A stretch of DNA of 42,718 bases from an uncultured Deferribacteres bacterium. Its GTDB lineage: Bacteria > Zhuqueibacterota > Zhuqueibacteria > Zhuqueibacterales > Geothermadaptataceae. The notes below the pieces were generated by a model. It made no database searches. It was not told the DNA's origin and was given only the letters and a program-made list of their open reading frames with translations. The stretch lies in NCBI GenBank assembly GCA_964014485.1, contig CAXHAT010000051.1, forward strand, positions 1 to 42,718, in the 5' to 3' direction. Shown here piece after piece: positions 8,356 through 17,998 of this stretch (positions are counted from its first letter, which is position 1; each line of letters starts with the position of its first letter). The translations under genes were made by a program, and so were the position numbers.

Positions 8356-9858
8356 TTATTCGCCGCGAGCAAATTGACTCGGTAACAATTCTCGCGAACA
8401 AGTCGCTAAAGTTATAAAACCGTTCGTTGCCGGGTGACGAACCTGGCCGATTATCCGGACATTTTGTAAACGCCCCCAAATTTCAAGAGGCGACTTGTGC
8501 ACAGCAAGAATAAGCGGGGATCGCGCCAAATTGTCTGTCGTTGCAGGCGGCGTAGTCCGGAAAAAAATACCGTCTCCGGGGATAACTATTTGCGGGTTCG
8601 ATTTCTTCCAGGAAAAAGCTAATTGCGCCGCCAAGCCATAGTCGTCGGAAATGATGAGGCGCGGAAGGCCCCCGTCAATTTTGTGCCATGCACTAAGCGC
8701 CCGTTCGGAAAAGTCGTCGATGGCTTGGAATTCACGTAAACGACTTTGCCATGAATTTACTTCCGAGTAACGCGCTTCTCGAGCACCAGACTTGATCTCG
8801 TATGTGCGCGACAGCCCTGAAAAAACTTGTGCCAGATTATCGGAAACGCTTGGGAAGCGCAGCGAAGCGATCACAATGAACGCGGGGATCAGAGTGAGCG
8901 CCAATCCGCTGGCAAGGTAAATGCTTTTTATCCGCAACTTTGAAACGGGCCAAAGCAGAATGAATCCAGGCAAAATCCAGTTTTCCTTAATTTGCCCGCG
9001 AAAGACGGCGGCTCCGCAAAAAACAATGATAAAAGCGAGCCCCAGCCAAAAGGCGACGTTGCCCTCTTCCATTTGTTTTTTAAAACCTGCGCCTGTAGAA
9101 AATTGCTCCCGAGCGCCTTGCAATGCACCAAAAAGTAAAAGCGGCCCGCCAAAAAACAACGTCGGCGTAATGCTCCAGATGATTGTTTCTCCAAGAGAAG
9201 CTTCGGCGTTTATCTTGCCATATTCCGAGACGGCTTGCACCATCTCCAGATGCATCGATAAAAGGGCGGGCAAGGCGATCCCGCACGCGGTCACAAAATA
9301 GAGCATTTTTTGCCGGGGGCTGAAAGACGCGCTTGCAAAAAAGATCAGCGCAACGCCCAACACGATCAGGCCGGAGGGTTTTGCAAGAACGCAAAGTCCC
9401 GCCGCGACGGCGCTCCAAAAGTATTGTTTTTTTAAGACGGCGAGCACGAAAAGCAGCAGTGCAACAAACTGGTAATTGTCAGGATGGACAACAACTCCGG
9501 CGTAAGTTTGCCACGCAGTTAAACCGAGGCAAAGCACAGCAATAAAGCGCACCGGTCGCATGGCTCCGCGCAATTGCAGAATTCTGTCAAACAAAAACAG
9601 GACAATAATTCCGAGCAGAATTGAAGGGGCGCGGATAGCGGTTAGATCGGGCAGCGGCAAAAAACCAAACAAGCGGAGAATGAATTGCATTAACGGCGCA
9701 TAAGCCGGTTCAAAATGATGCGCCCAATAGAAATAGGCCGCTTCATCCCGTCCAGGTGCAGGCAAGCTTGCAAAGAAAAGGCGCAATGGAAAAACAATGA
9801 TTGTGACGATTGCCCAGACAGGAATGCAGCGGTACAATCGGCGGGCAAAGGTGAGCAT
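8356..9858 (-). CDS. GT-C fold glycosyltransferase (ArnT/GT39-like)
   Basis: DEAAYFYW in the first loop, HPD and LAK motifs, many TM helices, C-terminal extracytoplasmic domain. Confidence 0.72.
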   Translation of the reverse strand: MLTFARRLYRCIPVWAIVTIIVFPLRLFFASLPAPGRDEAAYFYWAHHFEPAYAPLMQFILRLFGFLPLPDLTAIRAPSILLGIIVLFLFDRILQLRGAMRPVRFIAVLCLGLTAWQTYAGVVVHPDNYQFVALLLFVLAVLKKQYFWSAVAAGLCVLAKPSGLIVLGVALIFFASASFSPRQKMLYFVTACGIALPALLSMHLEMVQAVSEYGKINAEASLGETIIWSITPTLFFGGPLLLFGALQGAREQFSTGAGFKKQMEEGNVAFWLGLAFIIVFCGAAVFRGQIKENWILPGFILLWPVSKLRIKSIYLASGLALTLIPAFIVIASLRFPSVSDNLAQVFSGLSRTYEIKSGAREARYSEVNSWQSRLREFQAIDDFSERALSAWHKIDGGLPRLIISDDYGLAAQLAFSWKKSNPQIVIPGDGIFFRTTPPATTDNLARSPLILAVHKSPLEIWGRLQNVRIIGQVRHPATNGFITLATCSRELLPSQFARGE

Positions 9859-10049
9859 TTAGTAAAAATCTCGCTGGATGCAGTATCGTTACGAATTTTG
9901 AAACGCTATTTCCGATTTTGGCTTGTTGTGCAGGAAAGTGTTTCTTCACGCACCACCGCTCTGGCATGCGCAAAGAATTCAGTTCTTGCAGCCCAACTGC
10001 TTGCCTCAGGTTGAAAACCAGCCGTCTTGGATTTTTTTCAGGCAGTGGG

Positions 10050-10175
10050 GCTGTTCAAAAACACAAAAAAGTCTGTTTTACGTCATTCCCGCGCAGGCGG
10101 GAATCCAGGAAAAACGACGATTTATAGATTCCCGTCTGCATGGGAATAACATACAAATCGATGTTTTTGGACAGC
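10050..10175. repeat. Nested REP-like element: family A copy 2 inside outer inverted repeats
   Basis: The core at 10082-10150 (GTCATTCCCGCGCAGGCGGGAATCCAG...GATTCCCGTCTGCATGGGAATAAC) has a degenerate right arm. It is flanked by GCTGTTCAAAAACA / TGTTTTTGGACAGC. Confidence 0.8.
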
Positions 10176-10310
10176 TTCGACGACATTCAAAGTCAAGTAA
10201 GAAATCGGTTTGTTTTGGCATTTTTTCAGATCGTTGCATCCGTTTTTTTGCCTTGTCCTTTGCGTTCTCTTGAGTTGTTGAGAACGATAAATTCACAAAA
10301 ATTTCCGTTT

Positions 10311-11675
10311 TCACCTAACCAACAACATTTTTCTAGATTTCTGAAATGCACCGGCTGTAATGCGCAGAATGTAGGTTCCGCCCGCCTGCCCTGAAGCGTC
10401 CCATTCCACCTGATAGCGCCCCTGCCCCTGTCGTTCTTCAACCAGAATTTCGACCAGTTCGCCCAGCACGGTAAACACCTCAACCTTGACGTCCGCAAGT
10501 TCCGGGAGATCGTACGTAACGACCGTTGAAGGATTGAACGGGTTCGGATAGTTCTGCAACAATTCAAATCTGACTGGCACGAAATCTTCTTCGTTTCCGG
10601 TTGAAACGCGGCCATCGTACAAAGTGACCGGCGCAAAATAAGCGCCCCAAGCAAACCAATATCCGGTATAAGCGCGCTCAACCTGCCGAAGTCTTTGGCC
10701 CGCCAACGGCCCGCTCACAGCTTTGCCGTCTATACGCCAGATCGATTCTGTTTCGCGGTCTTTCATGAATGTGAACATATCGCCGTCTTCTATGAGATCG
10801 AAATCCAAAGTATCAAATCCTTCAATGCTCGTTCTGTCGAAAGCGGCGGAGAAATGGCCGTCCTGCTGCAAAACGAAGAGCAGGCTTTCACCGTCAAACT
10901 CATCGTTAATCGCTTCGCGCGCTCTGAAGTCGGCAAACGGATACGCTTTTGCCTTGAAGTTTTTCGAGGTGTAGCCAAATACAATTTCTTTGGATAATCT
11001 GCGGGGATCGACTTCCTGCGGGAAGACAAAATCATTGTGATTCGTGCGATATCCGCCGTAAGGGTAAAACGCCGTTTCGTACCACCTTTCATCGATAACC
11101 AGGGTGTTTGGGTTGAGTGTGCGCCAAATTTTCCAGGTCATCATCGTGACAGGCAGAAGGTCGAGCTGGATGTCAAAATCGGGCCCGTTGATCCCGGTAA
11201 AATACATTTGTGGATAAAATGAACTGTTCGGCCAATTGGAACGATCATACATGATCAAATTGTTATTGAACAAAAATCCGGACACACCGAGTTCAACCAC
11301 GGCCTCTCCCTGCTTGGTGCTGACGGCAATCGCCGTGCGCGTCAGCGGGCAATAGCAGATGGCGAAATAGGTGTTATTGATACGATCGTTTACAATTTCG
11401 TGAAACCACAATGATCGCAGCGGATAGGCGCGCGTCTCGTCTTCGATTTCTATGCCGATCACCAAATCTTCATCTTGCAAAAACCTTAAAACATCCGTAT
11501 CGGGGTCTTGCATTTCCGGGTATTGAATGGAAGGGATGCAATCCAGCCCGCCGCCGCAACCCAACACGGCGCCGTCCGCAATCGTTTGCAGAGAAATCGG
11601 GTAAGTAATCTGGGCTTGCGCCAAGGAAAGAGGCGGCAAGAGCAGACACAAAATGAATCGCAGCGTTTTTTTCAT
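10311..11675 (-). CDS. DUF3179 domain protein with C-terminal secretion/sorting (T9SS type A-like) domain
   Basis: Signal peptide; DCIPSI, RAYPL, HEIVND, YCPLT, GVSGFLFNNNLIMYDR and YWFAW motifs; tail FELLQNYPNPFNPST...KMLLVR. Confidence 0.88.
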   Translation of the reverse strand: MKKTLRFILCLLLPPLSLAQAQITYPISLQTIADGAVLGCGGGLDCIPSIQYPEMQDPDTDVLRFLQDEDLVIGIEIEDETRAYPLRSLWFHEIVNDRINNTYFAICYCPLTRTAIAVSTKQGEAVVELGVSGFLFNNNLIMYDRSNWPNSSFYPQMYFTGINGPDFDIQLDLLPVTMMTWKIWRTLNPNTLVIDERWYETAFYPYGGYRTNHNDFVFPQEVDPRRLSKEIVFGYTSKNFKAKAYPFADFRAREAINDEFDGESLLFVLQQDGHFSAAFDRTSIEGFDTLDFDLIEDGDMFTFMKDRETESIWRIDGKAVSGPLAGQRLRQVERAYTGYWFAWGAYFAPVTLYDGRVSTGNEEDFVPVRFELLQNYPNPFNPSTVVTYDLPELADVKVEVFTVLGELVEILVEERQGQGRYQVEWDASGQAGGTYILRITAGAFQKSRKMLLVR

Positions 11676-11771
11676 AACAACAACTCCTTCACAAAACGTT
11701 CTGGAGGCGGCGTTTGGTTATTTTCTAATGTTACGCGACAGCAGTGACGCCCCGTAGACACTCTCATTAAA

Positions 11772-11842
11772 GTCATTCCCGCGCAGGCGGGAATCCAGTC
11801 AATCGCGCACAGCCCTTGGATTCCCGCCTGCGCGGGAATGAC
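11772..11842. repeat. REP/dRS3-like palindromic element, family A copy 3
   Basis: GTCATTCCCGCGCAGGCGGGAATCCA...TGGATTCCCGCCTGCGCGGGAATGAC, with perfectly inverted arms. Confidence 0.9.
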
Positions 11843-11892
11843 GTGAAAGCGACGTTTCTCTGATGCTCTTTGAGAAATTTCCAAAACACCAG

Positions 11893-12822
11893 TTATTTCA
11901 AATTAAAGAGCCTTCCAATCCCCAGATTCAGCTTTGTTCCGGTCACGTAGTTTCGTCCTGAGACCGCATGTTCCACCCCGGCTTCTATTTCAAATTTTTT
12001 AACTTTCACAAAAACCGTCGGCGAAAGAAAAGATATTTTACGGCCCGGCGTATTGGCCAAGCCGATGCCGAGAGACTGCCGATCATTGCCGGCATTCAAT
12101 CCGTGCAGCGCCAATTTAAAAAGCAGGCGTGAACTCACGTGAACGCCCGCTTCAAAATTAAAAACAACCTCGTCGCCGTAGTTGAAAAATGCTTCATTTT
12201 CACCACGCCACCGATAGCCAACCTGAGCGTTAGCATAAACGGGCAAAGGCCAAAAAGAATAGCCCAAATCGTGCGTTACTTCATAACTCCAGCCGCCTTG
12301 TCCCAGTGAAACGCCAAATGCGCTGCGTTCAAAATGCCCTGTCGGCGCAATGAATCCGCCAGCAACAGAAGCCGCAAGCCCGCTCCTGGAAAGATATTGA
12401 TACTTCAAATTCGTGTATAAATCGCTCAACCCGTTTGCGCCGGTAGAGATTTCCCTGGGAACGTCAATCTGAAAATTATTGTCACTGGAAAAAAAGCCGA
12501 TCTGCACGCCCAATTCCAGACGGTTGAAAAGGCCGTAATTTGCGGTGAGAAAAAGCGCTCGAGAACTTGTGGTACCGGGGATATCGCTGAAAATTGGAAT
12601 TTTGACGCCGCCGTCCAGCGACTCGCGAAAACAATTAGGCGATTGTTCCAGAATGCACTTCGACTCAAGACCGCCGCCAGTAGAAAAGCGTTTGCCCGAG
12701 TTGAGGGAGAACCAGGACAGTTTGAGCGCCAATTCGCCCGGTTTGCGGCTCCATCCCCCAGCCTGGAGAATCGCGTGCGTCAAGAGTGTAAAGATGCAAG
12801 CGTAGAAAAGACGACGGTTCAT
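11893..12822 (-). CDS. Putative outer-membrane beta-barrel protein
   Basis: Signal peptide, alternating amphipathic strands, G(L)SD and GGFIAPTG motifs as in MetA-pathway-type barrels. Confidence 0.6.
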   Translation of the reverse strand: MNRRLFYACIFTLLTHAILQAGGWSRKPGELALKLSWFSLNSGKRFSTGGGLESKCILEQSPNCFRESLDGGVKIPIFSDIPGTTSSRALFLTANYGLFNRLELGVQIGFFSSDNNFQIDVPREISTGANGLSDLYTNLKYQYLSRSGLAASVAGGFIAPTGHFERSAFGVSLGQGGWSYEVTHDLGYSFWPLPVYANAQVGYRWRGENEAFFNYGDEVVFNFEAGVHVSSRLLFKLALHGLNAGNDRQSLGIGLANTPGRKISFLSPTVFVKVKKFEIEAGVEHAVSGRNYVTGTKLNLGIGRLFNLK

Positions 12823-12924
12823 AAAAGAGAAGTTTGGGGCATTGAGAAATTAACGGCGACAAGGCAAACGTACAGAGCAGTTTTGGAAATTAACAAAACA
12901 ATAAATGGACATATTCCGGCAATA

Positions 12925-13500
12925 TCACCCGCCGTTTTTCCGGGCAAGCCATTGCATTTGCATCCAGCTTTCTTGCATTTCACAAATTTCCCAGCCGCAA
13001 CGCTCGATCATTTTTTGAACGTCTTGTTTTTCCATTCCCCGAACTTTCTCCCCGCTGAGTCGCCGCAATGCTGTTTTCCAAGATCGCGGGGATGACGTGA
13101 AGAGCATGAAACCGTCTGGGCGAGCGATCCGGAAGGTTTCATCGAAGAACACGGTGGGATCGCTCAGATATTCAAGCAATCCTACCGCTGTAATAAAATC
13201 GAAGCTCGTATCACGAAATGGAAGAGCTGAATTTGCGTTGAGACAAGCGCCAGGTCGTTTTTCAGAGGCCTTCGCCTGCTTCACCATATCCAGCGATAAG
13301 TCGCTGATACAGCACCATTCAGCGCGCCGGAGCTTAGAGAAAGTGAAGCCCGGCCCCGTCCCCAGATCCAGTTGTTTTTGAAAAGATTGTTGAGGAATGA
13401 GCGTTGTGAGGTTTTCAAGTTCGGCGAGATAGATATTTTTTAGCGGGGGAAGCAAACGAAGACGATCATAAAACCCCGCCTTAAAATCCCACAAGGTCAT
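12925..13500 (-). CDS. Class I SAM-dependent methyltransferase
   Basis: LDLGTGPG, DLSLDMV, LPFRDTSFD and RPDG motifs. Confidence 0.88.
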   Translation of the reverse strand: MTLWDFKAGFYDRLRLLPPLKNIYLAELENLTTLIPQQSFQKQLDLGTGPGFTFSKLRRAEWCCISDLSLDMVKQAKASEKRPGACLNANSALPFRDTSFDFITAVGLLEYLSDPTVFFDETFRIARPDGFMLFTSSPRSWKTALRRLSGEKVRGMEKQDVQKMIERCGWEICEMQESWMQMQWLARKNGG

Positions 13501-14087
13501 CGGTCATAGATCGCGCTGTTGTAGAAAGCGGCCAGCGCGGAAAGCGTCGCCTGTTCGAAGCTTCCTTGCCGCGTCATCAGGCTTCGCGTGAGAATGGCGC
13601 AGGCGCCGCCCTTATCGCGAGTGTTTGTGCGTTGCGAGAGTTCATCCATGACGTCGGCCAATTCGAAATCTTTGTCGCCAAAAGCTTGCAAGACGACCTG
13701 CGGCAGTTCAATCGCCGGAGAGCCGCCCAAAGCCCCGATTCCTTCATGCTCCGCATAAACCCAGGATTGGAGGAATACTCGTCGTCCAAAGTCTGGACTT
13801 TCGATTGTAAACAAACCGCCTTCCATCCCCAGCCAAAAATCCGGCGTTAGACCGCCGTTTATCTGTTCCTGCAAACTCTTTACACGCAGTTTTGCGCCAA
13901 GCATTGTTTCTTCAACAGAACGAGGCGTGTCGGAAACGCCGCTTGCCGCTGAGCACGCTTTAAACGAAAATTCTGAATCCAAAAATTCCGGCACGGAAGC
14001 GATTTGCTGGAAAGCGGATTTTGCTGCGTTCACTTTTGGCGGACGCGTGGAGCCGACAGCAACGACAATGGACTTTAAAGCATTCAC
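13497..14087 (-). CDS. yjjX: Inosine/xanthosine triphosphatase (YjjX/DUF84)
   Basis: VGSTRPPKV, SGVSDTP, ETMLGA..R, GMEGG and GA..ILT...TR motifs. Confidence 0.85.
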   Translation of the reverse strand: MNALKSIVVAVGSTRPPKVNAAKSAFQQIASVPEFLDSEFSFKACSAASGVSDTPRSVEETMLGAKLRVKSLQEQINGGLTPDFWLGMEGGLFTIESPDFGRRVFLQSWVYAEHEGIGALGGSPAIELPQVVLQAFGDKDFELADVMDELSQRTNTRDKGGACAILTRSLMTRQGSFEQATLSALAAFYNSAIYDR

Positions 14088-14917
14088 CCGATCTTTCCTA
14101 AAATTCGTCCAATGAGTTTTTTAAAATCTTCTTTGATCCGATCCGCAACAGCCTGAACGTCTTTATGGCTCAGTTTGCCTTTTTCCAACCCCGTCCCCAT
14201 ATTCGTGATGCAGGAAATCCCCAAAATGCGCGAATTTCGATACACGCCGGAAATCGTTTCCGGAACCGTGGACATGCCGACCGCGTCCGCTCCCATTTTT
14301 TCCGCCATGCGAATTTCAGCCGCCGTTTCGTAAGACGGGCCGTGCAAACCAAGATAAACGCCCTTATGCATTTTCACGCCCAAATCCGCCGCTTCTCGCA
14401 ACGCGAGCTCGATTAAGTCCGGCGCAAAAGGACGGCACATATCCGGGAAGCGCGGGCCAAATTTTTCATTGTTAAATCCCCAGAGCGGGTTACGGAAGGA
14501 AAGATTGAGAACGTCGTCGATGACCATGAGATCGCCGGGAGCGTAAAAACGATTAATCGCTCCGGCGGCATTGGTGATGATGAGATTTTTTACCCCCAAG
14601 CTCGCCATCAAATGTATCGGGAACGAGACAGTGCTGTGATCCAGACCTTCGTAGGCGTGAATCCGGCCCTGCACGGCAAGCACGTCTTTTCCAGCGTGTT
14701 TTCCCAAAACCCAAAGGCCCTTGTGCCCTTCCACCGTTGAGCCTGGATAGCCGGGAATTTCGGAAGTTGTGACTTTCCGTGCTGACTTCAAAGATTCCGC
14801 GAAGCTTCCCAAGCCGCTGCCGAGCACAATCGCAGTTTCGGGAATCTTACCGAGACTTTTTTCAACAAAAGCGACAGCCACGTTCAGCGTCTCTTCATCG
14901 AGAATCCTTCTCTTCAA
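14084..14917 (-). CDS. punA: Purine-nucleoside phosphorylase (trimeric type)
   Basis: IVLGSGLG, GRIHAYEG, TNAAG, GPSYETAAE, GADAVGMSTVPE and SCITN motifs. Confidence 0.95.
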   Translation of the reverse strand: MKRRILDEETLNVAVAFVEKSLGKIPETAIVLGSGLGSFAESLKSARKVTTSEIPGYPGSTVEGHKGLWVLGKHAGKDVLAVQGRIHAYEGLDHSTVSFPIHLMASLGVKNLIITNAAGAINRFYAPGDLMVIDDVLNLSFRNPLWGFNNEKFGPRFPDMCRPFAPDLIELALREAADLGVKMHKGVYLGLHGPSYETAAEIRMAEKMGADAVGMSTVPETISGVYRNSRILGISCITNMGTGLEKGKLSHKDVQAVADRIKEDFKKLIGRILGKIG

Positions 14918-15024
14918 TTTTCATCCCTTCTTTTTCGGTTCTTCAAAATTTAGAACTTCTTTTGGCGAGCGAATTTTAAATGCCTGCGCCTTGTTTTCTG
15001 AAAGCGTATCTGGAAAGTCCTAAA

Positions 15025-15118
15025 TTGTCATGCTGTAAGCATCTTTTTTAGACTTTTCCGCAACAACTGTCGGAACGTTCATGCCTGGAGACCCAAAAAG
15101 ATTCCTACGGAATGACAA
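15025..15118. repeat. REP/MITE-like element, family B copy 1
   Basis: Imperfect terminal inverted repeats TTGTCATGCTGTAAGCATCTTTTT...AAAAAGATTCCTACGGAATGACAA. The arms match those at 37133-37227 in the opposite orientation. Confidence 0.75.
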
Positions 15119-15183
15119 GACAGGGACTTTCCAAATACACTCAGATGCTCTTTGATGGTCAAGACTCCTTGCCCGGACGCCGA

Positions 15184-16377
15184 CTAGCGACGGAACTGTT
15201 TCTGAAACGCTTCGATTTCATCATTCAGCATCGTCAACGTCGCGTCGTCGATCTTGGCTTGCCGTCGAGTGAGTTTAATCAGATTAAAAACTTTCTTCAC
15301 CTGATTATGCTCAACGCCCGATCTATCCGCAACGATTTTGGTGAAAGCTTCGGATATTTCGTTCGTTTTTATGAAATATTTTTCCCGAAGCTCAGCCAAC
15401 AAATAGGCGATTTTCTTATTCAAAATATCGCGATGATTGCCCTTTTGGAAATAGAGTCGGCCAACAGTGTCGACAAACTCCAGCGTCGTGTTTGCAGTCG
15501 GTGGAATAACGGGGATAACGCGCTGCTTGCGCCGTCCTTGAAAAAAGATAAACAAAACGACCGTCGCCAGCAAAAGATAAAACCCCCATTGCAGGGCGTC
15601 TTGTGACAAAACATACCGAAACGGCGTTCGAACGATTTGCCGCCCGGCCTTGTAATATTCATCCCAAATGATCGGCTGAACAGGCAAGTATGAAAGCGCT
15701 TTTGCGGCATATTCCGCATTGTTCGCACTCAACATATTATAGTTTGTGAAAGCCAAGGGCACGGTGCTGATGAAAAAGGCGCCGTCTCCAAACCGGATTT
15801 TGATGAAGTTTGCGAAGCCGTCTGAATCTTCTCCAAGAATCGTGGTTTTTAGCGTGTCAACGTCATCAAACCAGGAATAAGCGCCGATTCTAAAAAAGCG
15901 GTAATCGTTCTCGGCCTGAAGTTGAGGATTTGCAAAATTTACTGTGATTGAATCATCGAAGGAGAACTGTCTTCGTTCGATTGAAAAACCGAGGGTGTCG
16001 GAGAATTCAGAGCCTATAAACTCAGCGGCGATAAACACCTGATTTCCTTCCGCGGCAAATTGCAGCAATTGCCGGGCGTCCAAAGGGCTTGCCGAAAACG
16101 CCGCGTTAAAAAAGAGGTAGTTTTCTTTTCCCAATTCAGGAGCGTTTGGGTCGGCTGTTGGCAGCGTGACATAAATTGACCCGGACGTCTCAAAAATGTC
16201 CTGTCCCGGAAAAATATCCGGCAGCATTTCACGCAAAATGTAAGCGCCGTAGGGGATTTTATCATTTTTCGAAAAACTCAGGCGCCAATCGATTTCCGGC
16301 GGTTTGGCAAGTTCGTAAAGAAGCAAGGCCAGAAACGAAACGCTCAACGCGGCAATGTACTTGGCGTTTTTTTTCAT
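15184..16377 (-). CDS. DUF4350 domain membrane protein
   Basis: DKIPYGAYIL, P..FTNY, WDEYYK and RRKQRVIP...EFVDTVGRLY motifs. The ATG overlaps the upstream stop. Confidence 0.8.
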   Translation of the reverse strand: MKKNAKYIAALSVSFLALLLYELAKPPEIDWRLSFSKNDKIPYGAYILREMLPDIFPGQDIFETSGSIYVTLPTADPNAPELGKENYLFFNAAFSASPLDARQLLQFAAEGNQVFIAAEFIGSEFSDTLGFSIERRQFSFDDSITVNFANPQLQAENDYRFFRIGAYSWFDDVDTLKTTILGEDSDGFANFIKIRFGDGAFFISTVPLAFTNYNMLSANNAEYAAKALSYLPVQPIIWDEYYKAGRQIVRTPFRYVLSQDALQWGFYLLLATVVLFIFFQGRRKQRVIPVIPPTANTTLEFVDTVGRLYFQKGNHRDILNKKIAYLLAELREKYFIKTNEISEAFTKIVADRSGVEHNQVKKVFNLIKLTRRQAKIDDATLTMLNDEIEAFQKQFRR

Positions 16378-17114
16378 GCCTGCGCCGTCAGGTTTTCGAA
16401 ACGTTCGAAGCGCGGGATCAAATTGTCGGACAACTCGCGGTCTATTTGAAAATTGCCGTACCAGACCCACTCAAACAGCCGGGTTATTTCTCGAAAATCT
16501 TTAGCAAGGCTCTCGTCGCGCAATTCCCGGACATAATCCTGATTGGTCTTGTAAAATCGCCAGTCGATGAGTTTTTGATCATTGAGCTGACGAAGCGCGC
16601 GCAAATAATACAGCCGGATAGCGACGCGGTAATTCCCATCGGCCATAGCTTCACGAATGAGTGCGCCGAAATCCATTTCGTGAATATTTTCAATCAATTC
16701 TTCGGCCTGCAAGCTTTCCGCCCGACTGCTTTTTTGAAACAGCCCTCCGCCCTCTCCCTGGATTATTTTTAAAACTAACCAAAACAACGCCGCAATAAAA
16801 ACGCTTGTCCAAAAAATCCGCCAGAAAACTGAGCCGCTGCCGGGCAATACCGCTTGAAAAATATCCCACAACCAACTCAAGAAACGATCCCACAGTGACG
16901 CTTCGCTTCTGGGCCGACCATCGTAGATGAATTCGGGGTTGTCGCTGTATTTTTTTAAGACCGTTGCATCGAAGGTTCTGACTTCAACATGCGAGGCGTC
17001 TTTTTGAAGAGATGAAAGAGAGTCTGCGGTTTGAGCGAGACAAGTCTGAGTAAGAGACAATTGCAAGAGGGGGAATAGCAAAAAAACGATATGTTTGAAA
17101 TCAACGCGCGGCAT
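16374..17114 (-). CDS. DUF4129 domain protein
   Basis: AIRLYYL..L..L...KTNQDYVRE...FEWVWYG, with signal and TM segments. Confidence 0.85.
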   Translation of the reverse strand: MPRVDFKHIVFLLFPLLQLSLTQTCLAQTADSLSSLQKDASHVEVRTFDATVLKKYSDNPEFIYDGRPRSEASLWDRFLSWLWDIFQAVLPGSGSVFWRIFWTSVFIAALFWLVLKIIQGEGGGLFQKSSRAESLQAEELIENIHEMDFGALIREAMADGNYRVAIRLYYLRALRQLNDQKLIDWRFYKTNQDYVRELRDESLAKDFREITRLFEWVWYGNFQIDRELSDNLIPRFERFENLTAQA

Positions 17115-17998
17115 CAATTATTGTCGCTTCCCGGTAATGAACTTTCAGAATGCGGCGCGTCGGCGTTGTAAATCGCATCTACTTTTTGCATCAAAGTAGT
17201 GGCTTCCTTGGATTCTTTTAAATTGTAGTATTGCAGAACGGTCGCGACAACGCCGATCGGGGTGAGGAAAACGCTCAAGTGCGCCAGAACGGAGGTGAAA
17301 AAACTCAAGGTTTTGAGCAAAGCGGGAGCCGTTTCAAGCGTGACTTCCCGAATGATTAAACTCAGAATCTCGGAGGGCAGATCAAAAATATACCCGATAA
17401 ACATCTGCAAAAATGCGATGAACAAAAATACGCCAAAAGTGAACCACCAATGATTGGTCACAAGAGAAACGGAGCGGCTCAACGCATTTAGGAAGCCGTC
17501 TCTTTCCTCGAGCCAGATATAGTAAGTGAACGCCGTCGCCACCCACAAGTAAACGCCGGGAATAATAAAGAGAATGAGCGCAATTGTAAGGAGCAAAAGA
17601 ATCCCGATTGTAAGCACAAACATTGCGCCAAAGTCTCTCTTCGTCGCCTGCCAAACATCATCTATTTCGACGACCTTTTCTTTGCTGTGAATTTGTATAT
17701 GAACATATTCGAAAACCACAGTCATGACGACAATTGTTGAAAGCAAGTAAAGAAAAACAGTAACGCCCAGCCTCGCAAAAAAATCTTCGTCGAAGGTCAT
17801 CGACTCTTCCAGGACGTCAGTTTGAAACACGCCGGTAAAAACGGAGGAAAACAAAACGACCGGCCCGCCGATGAAAATCATGCACTTGAAAAGCGGTTTA
17901 AAATTTTCACGAAAAAAGCGAAATGTGTCGTTCAGAATTTCGCTAAAAGTCCGCTTCTGGATAAATTCAAGCGGCGGCTTTGCTGGCGCTTCCGTCAT
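17114..17998 (-). CDS. Conserved integral membrane protein of SpoIIM/DUF4129 clusters
   Basis: KRTFSEILNDTFRFFRENFK, IIPGVYL and ALSRSVSLV...WW motifs, several TMs. ATGA-coupled. Confidence 0.7.
   Translation of the reverse strand: MTEAPAKPPLEFIQKRTFSEILNDTFRFFRENFKPLFKCMIFIGGPVVLFSSVFTGVFQTDVLEESMTFDEDFFARLGVTVFLYLLSTIVVMTVVFEYVHIQIHSKEKVVEIDDVWQATKRDFGAMFVLTIGILLLLTIALILFIIPGVYLWVATAFTYYIWLEERDGFLNALSRSVSLVTNHWWFTFGVFLFIAFLQMFIGYIFDLPSEILSLIIREVTLETAPALLKTLSFFTSVLAHLSVFLTPIGVVATVLQYYNLKESKEATTLMQKVDAIYNADAPHSESSLPGSDNN

Noticed and set aside
10311..11675. Selenocysteine recoding in DUF3179
   Set aside because: The ORF is open throughout and has Cys at the motif; there is no in-frame TGA.
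10078..11884. Short ORFs containing VIPAQAGIQ / WIPACAGMT
   Set aside because: These are translations of the REP palindromes, not real genes.
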